Assembly: GCA_012295275.1 (NCBI GenBank)
Contig: CM022675.1
Coordinates: 4,464,001-4,528,000 of the forward strand
Length of the DNA: 64,000 nt
Direction of reading: 5' to 3'
From: Chrysomallon squamiferum
Taxonomy: Eukaryota; Animalia; Mollusca
Shown: positions 1 to 18,025 of the stretch, one piece after another
Layout: every line of letters starts with the position of its first letter
How positions within the stretch are numbered: position 1 is the first letter of the stretch
Notes under the pieces: model-generated
Databases searched by the model: none
What the model was told of the DNA's origin: nothing
Seen by the model: the letters and a program-made list of their open reading frames with translations, nothing else
Program-made: the position numbers and the translations under genes

Positions 1-1434
1 AAAACCATTTTGTTTATTTTTTTAAATTTTGTTTAATGCAGTCCCATTTTGATACGTGAGTTAATTTAATTTCTCATATTTTGAATACTTCAAATAAAAT
101 CAGGTATTGTTCATTGGATCTTAAGCTATATATAAAGAAATAACAAAATGGAAATCAGAGTTTCATAATCTCTAGTACTGCCTAGTACTATTTTTTGTAT
201 TTCATATACTCACAATGATTTTGTGTTATTTGGAACTAAACAAATATTAAAATTAAAAAAGAGATAATCAGAAATTGTGTTTTTTGTTTTCTTTTGAATG
301 TTGATCATTTTACAAATGTGTGTGTAAATAAATATTTGGGGTAATTGTTTCCTTACAGATTAATATTTATCTTCTTACAACTGAGTGACAGTGTATATTT
401 TACACAAAAAGGTGATGTAACTTATGTGGTGGTCTTATTAATACTATCATTCTCAGCATGTACATTTGGATTAAATGAAATATTTTTATGTTGTTTTATG
501 ACATTTGCATCCATTTATCTCATTATATATTAAAATGATGTAATGTGTTCATAAAAATGTTTTTAGTATCATGCAACTATTTGTGAACAAATTATTAAAA
601 TAAACTTTGTATAAATTTAAAAGAAAAATTTGTAATGTTTATCATTGAAATTGTTACCTGCTTTGAGGGAAGCTAGCACTGAACTTGTTAAATTAGAAAA
701 AAATGTGTGTGTGTGTGTTCGATATTGATATAAAAAATCATCGCTCTGTTAAATTTTAACATTGATTTTCTGTACAGCACCTATTATACACCGTGTGAAC
801 TTTGTTGCATATTTAAAACAAAAAGTGTTTGGGAAATATTGATTACTTTTCGGGTACATTTATTTGCCGTACTCGTAAATTTTGCAATCTCAAAACATTC
901 CTGACAACGAAATAGCAAGATTTCTAGTCTTTATTTACAAAATAAATAAATAAATACAAACATTTATAAAATGAAATAAAAATAGATAAATAAAACAAAC
1001 ACACACACACACACACACACGTGATCAACAGAACCAGTTTCAAAAATATGTTTAGATCATTAATCAGTTTAGATCATTAATTTTCTCCAGTGTGTTAAAC
1101 TAATATTTATAATAAACATATAACGAATTCACAGAAGAATATATTCGAGTCATTCTAAATTTGCGTTTCTATTTATATGAATTTCAAAATCCTTAACATC
1201 GTAAATGATTCATCTTTGTCAGTGTGTTATACCATATGATAGTATTATTATTATTCTTTTTAATCGTTATGTTCAACTTACATTAAACCCCACTGATATG
1301 AAGTTCTTAAATTAATTAATTATTAATCAAAATATCTGTACTGTCTCATTTTTTTGTTTAAAGAAATAAATCTGTAAACGCCGGTTTTAAAATGATGGGC
1401 GATGTTAAAGATTTCGGTATATTCCGTTTGTCTT
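1..1434. repeat. Left arm of a near-perfect inverted duplication (partner 3286-4737); probably continues left of the window
   Basis: Base 1 'aaaaccattttgtttattttttt' is the reverse complement of '...aaaaaaataaacaaaatggtttt' ending at about 4737. 1381 'ccggttttaaaatgatgggcgatgttaaagatttcggtat' is the reverse complement of about 3299-3338. Only scattered substitutions and microsatellite length changes differ. Confidence 0.95.
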
Positions 1435-1461
1435 CGTTAAATCAGTGTATATTTAGTCGGG

Positions 1462-1490
1462 CCGGAAACCGGAAGTTTATTAAAATGGCG
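1462..1490 (+). promoter_or_regulatory. Housekeeping-type core promoter: tandem ETS/GABP sites plus a YY1-like motif overlapping the ATG
   Basis: ccggaaaccggaagt (two CCGGAA cores) at 1462-1476, followed by aaaATGgcg, in a local CpG-richer patch within very AT-rich DNA. Confidence 0.6.
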
Positions 1491-1555
1491 TCGCCGGTGA
1501 TCTGGTATCTCTTCGCAGCAAATGTCTTCGTGATTTTTGTTCAAGTACTTGGCGG
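1485..1555 (+). CDS. First coding exon encoding a signal peptide (MASPVIWYLFAANVFVIFVQVLGG|), probably an orphaned DNAJB11 exon 1
   Basis: ATG at 1485, a hydrophobic run, and a phase-2 end GG|gt at 1556. It resembles the DNAJB11 leader (...AVIAG-RDFYKILG). No J-domain exon (RDFY) is visible downstream. The identity is inferred from leader shape and the nearby DNAJB11 exons. Confidence 0.55.
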
Positions 1556-2640
1556 GTATTAACTCAAATTAATTTCGATGAATCGAATTTTTCTTTAAAT
1601 ATCATTTGTTTGGATGTAGTATATTTTGGGGTTGCTTTTATGTTTGTTACATACATCTTTTCATGTTAACTGAATGCATTCCCTCTTTTGATGTCGTGGT
1701 AATCTGTCATTAGTCAGCATTTTAACTTAATGGTTTTCATAATTTAACTAAAACATTAACAAAATGTACATTTTTAATGTATGTATTTATTTATTATTTT
1801 TTAAACTGAAGAAGATTTTGCATTTGTTTAATAAATGCTTATAATTATAATATTTGTTGAAATGTATTGAATGCTACATCATCTAGTAAATAATCATAAA
1901 ACTAGTAGTAGTTATGCTTTAAATTATAATAATTTTATTATAAATGATAAATTAGGTAAATGATAAAATATTTAGTATCACCAGAAGGAATACCTTAATA
2001 GTCACCCCTAGATAAAGGAAATATGTTGCACAATAAAAGGACCAACAGCATTTTTAATTTTATTATTTACTGCTAATTTGCTATATAATATATGTATTTT
2101 ATTTTTATTATACAGCACTAAGAAATAGGTATATAACAAAATCATTTTCACAGTTAACTGTGTACATCACCAGATCTAGTGTTATAGTTAATCATGTTTA
2201 AAATTTCTGGAATAAAAAAATCTTTTTAATAACTTAGCACACATATTTCTTCATTGATATAGACTTTTTCTTTGTACTGTTATAGAAGTATTTTTAAAAA
2301 TTCTGATGAAAAATAATTACATGTAATCAGTTTGAAAATAAAAAACCTAGTGTCATTTACTTCAAGAAATAGTTCTGTTGTAAGTCAGGTGTATTTGTGT
2401 AAAATGTTATCAAAATCCGACTCTTGCACTATTATTATAGATCTGCCAAAATCATCTGAATTTTCCCATATGGGTCATAAACAATCCATTATGACTGTCT
2501 GCTTCATGATCAAATACTGCAGTTTGATTGGACGTTTGTTTTATTCTACATCAGTAGATTAAATGTTTACATATTTGTACAAAAATAATTAAAAATAAAA
2601 TCTGACAGGTTTACATTGTATATTTTATTTAATAATTATT

Positions 2641-2925
2641 TGCTGTCTCTAGTGAAAGACGCAGTTTAACTCTTTGCACGGGTGAAGGTGGTTTGACTCG
2701 AAGTGATCTCGAGAATATCCCGAGTTTTACCGATCATTAGAATGCGCAGCGCAGTTTTAAAATAGCGCAGATCGACAAATAGCGGAGAATACACACACAC
2801 ACAGTTACTTAATATGGTTGTCACCTACGTCATAATAATATCTCCTGTGTGTTAATGTGACATTTTATCTTTCTTGTTCTTTCTTTTTCCCTCCCATTGG
2901 TTTTAATATCACTAATACATAGTTA
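2641..2925 (+). repeat. About 280-nt dispersed repeat also found in the receptor-array spacer
   Basis: Near-identical to about 47976-48237; weaker matches at about 26790-26970 and, inverted, at about 23130-23250. Confidence 0.8.
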
Positions 2926-3285
2926 AGAAAAAAAGAAAAAAATTAAAAGAAGTTTTAAATTGAAAATGCTACAAGTAAGCAGAAACTGACGTAATTTGAT
3001 TCATTTCACTAGGATTTAGTTCTGAAACTGATTTCAAGCCCACTGATTGGCTTCAAGAATTCACATCTCTTGTCCTCAACCATATGTACTTTTCAGATTC
3101 TCAGAGTACTGATAAATACACTTTTCAAAGCAAAATTAATTCTCTAACGAAAGAAAACTTTGTTCAGAAATACTGAATAAAAGTGAATTTTCAGAATAAT
3201 TCAGATTCTAAGTTACCTAAAGTTACAGGTAATTATTTTTGTACAAATATGTAAACATTTAATCTACTGATGTAGAATAAAAGAA

Positions 3286-3695
3286 AGACAAACGAAATAT
3301 ACCGAAATCTTTAACATCGCCCATCATTTTAAAACCGGCGTTTACAGATTTATTTCTTTAAACAAAAAAATGAGACAGTACAGATATTTTGATTAATAAT
3401 TAATTAATTTAAGAACTTCATATCAGTGGGGTTTAATGTAAGTTGAACATAACGATTAAAAAGAATAATAATAATACTATCATATGGTATAACACACTGA
3501 CAAAGATGAATCATTTACGATGTTAAGGATTTTGAAATTCATATAAATAGAAACGCAAATTTAGAATGACTCGAATATATTCTTCTGTGAATTCGTTATA
3601 TGTTTATTATAAATATTATTTTAACACACTGGAGAAAATTAATGATCTAAACTGATTAATGATCTAAACATATTTTTGAAACTGGTTCTGTTGAT

Positions 3696-3739
<44 letters not shown>

Positions 3740-4737
3740 TTTATTTATTTATTTTTATTTCATTTTATAAATGTTTTTATTTATTTATTTTGTAAATAAA
3801 GACTAGAAATCTTGCTATTTCGTTGTCAGGAATGTTTTGAGATTGCAAAATTTACGAGTACGGCAAATAAATGTACCCGAAAAGTAATCAATATTTTCCA
3901 AACACTTTTTGTTTTAAATATGCAACAAAGTTCACACAGTATACGGTGTATAATAGGTGCTGTACAGAAAATCAATGTTAAAATTTAACAGAGCGATGCT
4001 TTTTTATATCAATATCGAACACACACACACACACACATTTTTTTCTAATTTAACAAGTTCAGTGCTAGCTTCCCTCAAAGCAGGTAACAATTTCAATGAT
4101 AAACATTACAAATTTTTCTTTTAATTTATACAAAGTTTATTTTAATAATTTGTTCACAAATAGTTGCATGATACTAAAAACATTTTTATGAACACATTAC
4201 ATCATTTTAATATATAATGAGATAAATGGATGCAAATGTCATAGAACAACATAAAAATATTTAATTTAATCCAAATGTACATGCTGAGAATGATAGTATT
4301 AATAAGACCACCACATAAGTTACATCACCTTTTTGTGTAAAATATACACTGTCACTCAGTTGTAAGAAGATAAATATTAATCTGTAAGGAAACAATTACC
4401 CCAAATATTTATTTACACACACATTTGTAAAATGATCAACATTCAAAAGAAAACAAAAAACACAATTTCTGATTATCTCTTTTTTAATTTTAATATTTGT
4501 TTAGTTCCAAATAACACAAAATCATTGTGAGTATATGAAATACAAAATAGTACTAGGCAGTACTAGAGATTATGAAACTCTGATTTCCATTTTGTTATTT
4601 CTTTATATATAGCTTAAGATCCAACGAACAATACCTGATTTTATTTGAAGTATTCAAAATATGAGAAATTAAATTAACTCACGTATCAAAATGGGACTGC
4701 ATTAAACAAAATTTAAAAAAATAAACAAAATGGTTTT
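3286..4737. repeat. Right arm of the inverted duplication (partner 1-1434)
   Basis: Direct reverse-complement match to 1-1434; the arms enclose a spacer of about 1.85 kb. Confidence 0.95.
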
Positions 4738-5327
4738 GTATTTGTAAAAGCTATGATGTTATGATCAGATATACATGAATATATGTACATATTTATGGTG
4801 AATGAAAAATCCCAAATTGTAAATTCTTCCACCCGAAATTTTAAAAGTGCATTTCCCTATAAAACCTTGTGATTTGCATAATTTACAACTACTACAGAAT
4901 TTTAGAAACAGTTTTACATAAGTGAAATTTCTTAAACGATATTTGTGCAGACCTACAGAAGTATTTTCTTATTTTTACTATACCACTGTAACTGATGTAA
5001 CATGCTCCTACCAGTAATACTAGTTAATTGCAGTCTATCACTGTTACTTTAACCAAGTATAAAGGTGGAAATGAAATAAAATAAATAATAATAATAAAAT
5101 GGTATACTTTCTTCACTATAAATAAAGTACATTTTCTTATTATCCATCAACAGAAAAACCTAAGTTGGTTTCTAAAACAGATTATTTAAAATGCTGTTAG
5201 ATTGTCTAGTTTTCTAGTCAATATCAACATTCTGTGCAAACTGTTACACAAGTATCCTCTAAATAATTTTAATATAATAATGGATTATGTATTAATATAA
5301 TAAGCTAAGTCATATGTCATTATATCA

Positions 5328-5378
<51 letters not shown>

Positions 5379-5759
5379 AACAGATTTTTTAAAAATATTA
5401 CTTACATATGATAAAAATAAATAACTTTCAAATAATTTTATTTTGTGATTTTTGCAAATGTGATGGGAAATCTTCATGTATGTTCACATATAAATACATC
5501 TTTAGGATTAAAAATAGCCACATTCAACCAACATACATTCAGTTTTATACAAACAACTATCACACCACATTCAAAGACAAAAACAATTTCTCAAAACTAA
5601 CACTAAAAAGTCGTCAATTATATACATTTCTTTTTGATTCCATTTTCAGTATTTCTCTCACACCTAAACAAAAAAACCAAAAACTAAAATTATATATATA
5701 TACATACACATTTATTTATATGCAAAATGTTTCTTTACTGATATTTAAAATATACATAT

Positions 5760-5944
5760 TTAGTTGGCTTGCAATTTTTTTTTCATGTTTATTCCTTTCT
5801 TTTCCATTACTTGTATCAAACCATTAATGTGGTTCTGACAAAACTGACTTAGTTTGTGCCGCTGGTCACACACCAGTTCAGCTGACTCTCTCCACTCAGT
5901 GATCATCTGTTTCAGCTTGCTGTGCTTTTCATTCATTAGCACAT
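5760..5944 (-). CDS. Unidentified terminal coding exon (VLMNEKHSKLKQMITEWRESAELVCDQRHKLSQFCQNHINGLIQVMEKKGINMKKKLQAN*)
   Basis: Non-repetitive, GC-richer open frame with protein-like composition, ending in TAA and followed by long AT-rich UTR-like sequence. It does not resemble the DNAJB11 C-terminus. The acceptor is uncertain (tttgag). Confidence 0.45.
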
Positions 5945-6170
5945 CTCAAAGCAGCAGAAATGCAAGAATTTTAAGTGGATTAATTAAAATCCAAAAGACT
6001 CTGCTTTAAAGTGTATTAATTTGTGTCTGTTAAATGCAGTTTGTTTATTACATTTACTGATATGTGAAATAATAATAATAACAAATCAATATCTGGAAGT
6101 ATAAAAAAAAAAAAAAACTATCTACTCTATTTATTCTTAATACTAATACTAATACAACATAATTACATAC

Positions 6171-7672
6171 CTTTTTTAGCTTCTTCTGAAAGGCTGCCTT
6201 TAGGAAAGTCAATCTCAAATGTAATGTAAAGGGAGCCTCTGACATTATTATTTTCATAGTTGGGCATGCCTTCATTGCTTTTCCTCATTCGGGGGGTATC
6301 TGGCCAGGTGATCTCATCTCTTACTATGTGAACCTAGTCAAAAACGGGTTAATCACTGGTGGAACCATTTAGAGATAATCAAACATGCAAAATTTAAATA
6401 CTGAAATCAAATGTTACATCAAAACAACAGAATTTAAACCATGTTAGTACTAGAAATAATATATTTGTTATTTATTACTTTTTTTTTCTTTTTTTTTTAT
6501 AATATATAAAAACAGTTTGAGGTATTTTGTAAATTTCAGTTAGGCTCAATAAACCACAGATTACATTTAAATTGACATAGTAAAAGATTAAATACTATAT
6601 TGTTAAAAATATTTCGTACAAGGCAAAAAAATATTTACACTTGAAACTGAATAATCTAAAATAAAGCTTTTCCTATATTAAGTCTAATGAACTTTGTATC
6701 GGTATTAAATGTTTATCAGAGCTTAATTATTGTTTTTAAAATATCGTAATAATCTGTACCTTATGATCATCTAAATGCTTTATGTCCATTTCAAAGCCTG
6801 TCAGTGCATCTTGTAAAGGTATTGTTACATTCATGTAAAGATCATCACCACGTCTTTCAAAACGAGGGTGTCTGAAAAAATGTATATAAATTATATTTTA
6901 CAATTTTTATTATACTTGTTTACACTACATCAGTACCTAAATTAGAAAATATAATAAAGTATTTAATATTTGCTTTAATCAACAAAGAAACTTACTTTAT
7001 CTGTTTAATTCTAAACCTCAGATCTCCTGGTTCTCCATCAATATGTGGTTCTCCTAATAAATCAAACAAATTATATCAATACTGCAACTAAGTGGAAAGT
7101 GAAATTTCATATGAACAAAAATAATTATCTAAGTTTAAAGAACTAATAGTAAAAAAGCTGTATCTTGTTTGTACACTGTAGATGTATATTGTAGAAGTAA
7201 ATATTAGAAACAAAAATTACTAAAAGACAGTTTGTATTCATATACTAAGTTTTCACAGGATAAGCTCAGTGATAGTTGTTAAAAAAGATTATTCAGTAAA
7301 AGAACAAACTAAAAATAAGATCAGTGTAAAATACCTAATATTTTAAATGTTTTTTTTTTTTTTTTTTTATAAACACAGTGAAACAAATTTTAACAGGAAA
7401 TTAATTTGTAATTTAAGGATCTAGAAGAAATAGATTGTTTTATTAGACACGGTAATAAAACAAACTGAATTTTGTCAAACTTGTTCATTAATAATGTTTC
7501 TTAATGTAGAGTAAATTCTTTTTAAAAAAAAGAAAAAACCAAAACCGGTTAATATTCTGTTTTTAAACATCAAATTAATTATAACAAACCTTCTGCTACA
7601 AAAGGATATTCTTGTCCATCTCTCATGCCAGCTTCTATTTCTATCTCTAAGAGTTTTTCTTCAGGAACTAAT
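6171..7672 (-). pseudogene. DNAJB11: DNAJB11/ERdj3 3' part: four exons encoding the C-terminal substrate-binding domain; 5' exons (J domain) and the normal last exon are absent
   Basis: Exons 7672-7590 ([27 protein letters not shown]), 7053-6996 ([20 protein letters not shown]), 6871-6760 ([37 protein letters not shown]) and 6333-6171 (VHIVRDEITWPDTPRMRKSNEGMPNYENNNVRGSLYITFEIDFPKGSLSEEAKK). All are AG/GT bounded and in frame, and colinear with human DNAJB11 [44 protein letters not shown]...[12 protein letters not shown]. Upstream sequence is a broken receptor copy rather than DNAJB11 exons. Confidence 0.85.
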
Positions 7673-8207
7673 CTAAAACAGAAAATATAGGAGTCAATAT
7701 TTTAATTAGGTTATATGTCTTAATTAATGAGAAATAAAACATAACACAGCTGTTGAGATAATATATGGTAAAAAGTCTGCTCCAAGATCCAGACTATACA
7801 AAATTCAAGTAGAATATATATCTTACTAAAATGTCAAATATTACCACCCCCGCACCAGTTTCGCTTCACTTGACAAGTTCTTTTTGTACGTTTGTCTTTT
7901 GACAAGTAAATTAACTTTGAATTAATTAATTCCTGTGTCGGAGTAGAAATAAAATTCAATAGCTGAGAGCATACGAAACAAATTTTTTTTTTTTTTCTAG
8001 AAAAAGCTGGACCAAAAATGACGATTATAATCAGCTACAGTGTAATAACAGTACTTACACAAGTAGTAGAGGTTACACACAAGTTACAAACTTTGTAATA
8101 CGAATCTAAATGGGGCAGAAGGTGAAGTGGAAAAAATCAAATCCAGAAAAGCAAACATCACAGAATAAACAATCTCAACTGAGGCTGTTTTTAGATCAGT
8201 GTAAAGA

Positions 8208-9067
8208 ATCCAGTGTAAAATATTCTTCTAACATTTCTTCTTGTTTTCTGTCAGACCACGGACCTGTGTTCATTTATTAATATTTATCTTAATTATTTAT
8301 GCTGATGAAATATTATGTTACGATATTATATATACATTTATACAAATGTATTTTGTTTATAATATATACATTTACACATAATTAAACTGTTATGTTTTAT
8401 AAACTTATAAATAATTACTTAGTTATGTGAGGACATGCTTAGTCAAGTTATACAATATGTAATATGTAATATTGCTTCGTTATTATTATTGTTATGTTAC
8501 ATTATCTTATGTTATTTTATATATAATATTGCTGTTATTCATTCTTAGCTACGTCAAAATATGTGAGCTAATTTTCCATTTATAGTAAATAGTTTATTTT
8601 TAAACTATGTGATGTCATAACGTGTTGGTTTATGCTGTTATGTAAAATCCTATTTCTTATTGTTGTTACGCTATACAGTTATTTAATTGTAATCACTATC
8701 ATTATTGTTGTTTGTTGTTGTCGTTATTATTGTTGTTGTTGATGTTGTTATTGTTGTTTTTGTTGTTATTATTAGTATTAACAATGATACGAGCATTTCA
8801 TGTTAAACATCGATTAAACATTCAGTAGGCTCTAGTTTGAAAAAGGTCTGCTTTTAACATAATCATCATATACAGCAAACCTCAATAAATAAAACTTAAA
8901 TAAAATTAAAATTTTTAGATTATCTCCTCCAGCCTTATAAATACTTCATATGACTTGAAGTACAACGAATAAATTAATTTTAAATAAATAATAAACTTAC
9001 CTAGTCTTTCTGCACCAGTAACCTGATTGTACATCGTTAATATAATCACTGCTGTTACTAAATTCAT
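8208..9067 (-). pseudogene. Truncated receptor copy G: leader exon plus the first about 55 nt of exon 2
   Basis: Exon 9067-9001 reads MNLVTAVIILTMYNQVTGAERL|gtaag. Exon 2 starts at 8263 (PWSDRKQEEMLEEYFTLD); homology to other copies stops at about 8208 and a TGA follows. Confidence 0.85.
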
Positions 9068-9120
9068 TATTTCTTTTTGTTGTCTTGTATTTACTTTTAT
9101 ATACAAAAATTCTTACGCAA

Positions 9121-9175
9121 GACAATATAAAACCGAGTTTTGCTAAAACCAACAAGGAAGTAGATATTAACAGAA
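9121..9175 (-). promoter_or_regulatory. Conserved block about 70-95 nt upstream of each receptor ATG containing an ETS core (AGGAAGT on + strand)
   Basis: aggaagtagata at 9155, 18110, 21314, 35341, 40534 and 45821; altered to agttagtagata in copy D (about 59012). Function is inferred; conservation may only reflect recent duplication. Confidence 0.35.
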
Positions 9176-11369
9176 AGAGGAAAAGAGGTCACGAATCTGG
9201 CTATATAGAATGCATTGTTTGTGTATTTGTGCTCGTATAAGTGATGCATCCGTGTTATGGATTATTTCAAAGATTAATAATATTTGTTGTTTTGATATGA
9301 CGCCATCTTTCTTGTACATACATAAATTCATACATGGATACATACATACATACATACACACATACATACATACACACATACACACACATACATACATACA
9401 TACATACATACATACATACATACATACACACATACACATGTTGCATTTATATACAAATATATAGATACTTGTCTTCACTCATATATTCAGACATATAAAT
9501 ATACATGCATTATATAATGCATACATACATAAATACATACATGTATCTATCCATACACAAATACATGCAAGCAAATAAATAGATACATACTTGAATACAT
9601 ACACATCTAGACACACCCACATACAAACACACACTATATAAATACATACTCAGTTTATTTTCATACAGCACCTATTCCTAATTTATTTTCACCTACATTT
9701 TCACACACAAATTTGCAGCTAATTTTCAGGATGACCACGTAAGATTACAGAGAGAACAGAGAATATTAGATTAAAAACCAGTGTCTACTTCAGTTCTTTG
9801 CAAAGCTCAGAAATACGAGAAATTTTGAATATTTCTGATTTTAAAGATATAGAAAGTGTTTTATTTCTATTAAAAAAAAAGAAAAAAAAAAGAAAGAAAA
9901 TTGACCTGTCACAGTTGTTTAAAAACAAATATACTAATAAATCTGTAAATTTGGTTGCTTATAAACATCTCATTTTATCAACTAAAATGCAATGTTTGAA
10001 GATCTGTGCAATGTAAATAATGGAAACCTGTTGTTTTCTTACAGAATGATTTTGAAATATAAAAATCTGGGTGGGGTATTACCTGGGACAGAGATTACAC
10101 AAGTAGTATATCTCACTTTTATAACACTCAGTCATACAGAGAATGTTAATACTAATTAAACAAACAGCTGTAATTAATTTAGATCATCTTCACAGTTAGC
10201 TACGTTCTACCTGTAATGTAGTTAATGTATTTTTAAAATTCTGTATCGTACAAGTAAAGAATAATAATCTTTGTCTGCAGATAAATATTGTAAATTCATT
10301 CAGTTTCAAATTCTGTTTGCCTGTTCTGTGATTTTCATTTGAAGATTGTTTATAACAAAATAAAGTAATATACTGCAAAATCTTACTAGAAACTTAGTTT
10401 TAAAACTGATGTTCTAAACTTTTAATTTTACATATTTTTCGTTTGTAAGTTGACTTTATCCTTTTATTTACTTATATCATGTGGCATTATCATTAAATCT
10501 ACTTGATTTTAAACACAAAACGTGTTTGTATTCAATTTGTAGGTCAGTGTAAATTAGGTCACACGTTTTGTATTAGTTTAATTACGAAAAAAGTGCAGTT
10601 CAAATTCACAGAAAGTCAAAAATAAAAATAAAATGTATTTAATAATGATGTCTCATAAAAACAGCAGAAATAAAATTATTACATTAAACTAAGTTTCACA
10701 GTAGTGTTTCTCTCCTTTAGAGAACTCCTCACTCTCCGAAACTGTCTTCATTGAATGGAATTTGTTAGTACAGCTTGAAATGGACCTGACTTTATTTTGT
10801 GTAAAAAGAAACAAAACGTGTAGATCTCAGTTGTTGAAAATCAACGTTAAAAATGTTCAAATTTGGACTGAAATGTCACACACTCGACCCCCCTCCCCGC
10901 ACCATTTGCCCTTCTTTTGACAAGTACTTTTCACGTTTATCTTTTGGGAAGTAAATTAACTTTCAATTAATTAATTTCTCCGTTGCAGTAGAAATGTAAA
11001 AAAAAAAAAAAAAAAAAGATATCATAGTTGTCTTCTCTTGGTGTTAATCTGTGACGTCACTTTTCAACAGCACATTTCTAGAATCTGTGTTCTAATGTTT
11101 AGCAATGTCTGAACAACTATTCTTGTATAAAATCCAAATTTGTTTCTGAAACAAAATGTTTTCTTCGAACTGTGGAACATAACATAACCAGGAGTCAGAC
11201 TGAGTCTCTATAAATATAAGTAAGAAATGTTTACTTCATTCAGAATTTATTACAAAATGAAAAGTAACATAACACAAATGAATACGAATATACATCCAGA
11301 AAGACGTGTATGAGTGTTTGTGTATGTTCATGTGTGTGTGTGTATATGTGTTGTGACGTCAGTTAAATA

Positions 11370-11960
11370 GTCCAAAAGCTACGCATTTTTTTTATGTTTA
11401 ATTTATTTTGGTGACGTTTGCACACAGTTGCTGTTTTGAGGAAATCTTTAACTTCAAAAACTCCTTCGGAAACGAGATTGTCTCTGGAAAATAGTTAACA
11501 GACTTTACAGAAATTTTTCATCAAGTTTTTCTACTTCTTTCGGGTGACAAAACTTTTATACTTGACACACCAATGAAACTAAGATATTTAATTTGTGTTT
11601 GGTCGAGGCTGTTTATATGAAGAAAACTCGAAGACAAAACCTCGTGAACGTAACAAGTAGTGTATGAATGATGTTCGCGATACTAGTTCGAAAAACTATA
11701 CAAAATGGCCGCTGTCCCAAAGTACTTTCAGTCAAAATTAAATTTTCTTCACACTACAAGGTAATACTCGTGTAATAAGACTTCAGATTTTCCATTTATC
11801 CAGTTTTTATTCATCAGCCCTTGAAACAGAGAATAAATCAATCATTCGAAAGTCAATATATATCGATTTACCTGATGATCCATTTGAATAGTAGCGAGGT
11901 TTACTGTATGGCAATAAAGTTAGATTAATATTAAAAAGTTATTATAAAACAGACTACCAG
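11370..11960. repeat. Conserved downstream spacer block of the duplication unit
   Basis: 'ctttcgggtgacaaaac...gaagaaaactcgtagacaaaacctcgtgaacgtaacaagtagtgtatgaa' recurs at about 27290-27900, 48860-49400, 51720-52490 and 60100-60600, and partially at 19190-19265/20400-20580. Confidence 0.85.
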
Positions 11961-12004
11961 TACGAAACGGAAAACACAGCCATATAAACAAAAAGAAAAT
12001 AATA

Positions 12005-12050
<46 letters not shown>

Positions 12051-12702
12051 TAATAATAATAATAATAATAATAGAACAAAACAAAAAAGTAACTGTTAAC
12101 GTGGATTTTAGAAAACACTTCCTTCAAGCGACACATTTTGCATCAGTGCAGATTAATAGTAAAAATGTTAACGTAGAACAGATTTCACATAACTCAGGAA
12201 TAATTTGAAAAATAAATCGCACTAACAAAAAGAACATTTGAATATTGGGATAAAGTACAAATACAACATATAGCGATGTAAAGAAAAATACAAATAATGC
12301 AAACAATAAAAACGCTATGAGAAACTATTAACATCGGATTTAAAAAAAAAATAACAATAAAAAAAAAAGCTGTTAGGAAACACTGAAATATGGTGTACAA
12401 ATTTTCCAGATCAATATAAACAGATCAGCTGTTTTTAGAAACGTTGTCCTTGTTGTCGGAATCGTCGTGGATGTTATCAAATATTTCAGATTTCCTAGCG
12501 GGAATGTGATTTTTAGGCGAGGCGGTATGTCTTCACAGACTGGGGACTGGTAAAGCTGACGTAGCAGTATCAAGCGATGTCGTTGTTTCACCGTCAGGTT
12601 GGTTAAGATGGCTGGCTGTAAGGTTCTGATGTTGTTGTTGATGTTGCAGAGTTTCTGTTCACGGTGTTGTAGTCTTCATAATAATCGAGGTGGATGTAGG
12701 CG

Positions 12703-18025
<5,323 letters not shown>

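Noticed and set aside
3013-3176. Possible + strand exon (FSSETDFKPTDWLQEFTSLVLNHMYF...)
   Set aside because: It has an AG before it and an open frame, but no recognisable homology, and its phase does not fit the exon at 1485-1555.
5331-5376. Poly(A) tract as a retrocopy tail
   Set aside because: Adjacent DNAJB11 sequence retains introns and is on the opposite strand; no target-site duplication seen.
5760-5944. TBCCD1 (the vertebrate neighbour of DNAJB11) as the identity of the terminal exon
   Set aside because: The peptide does not resemble the TBCCD1 C-terminus as I know it; left unnamed.
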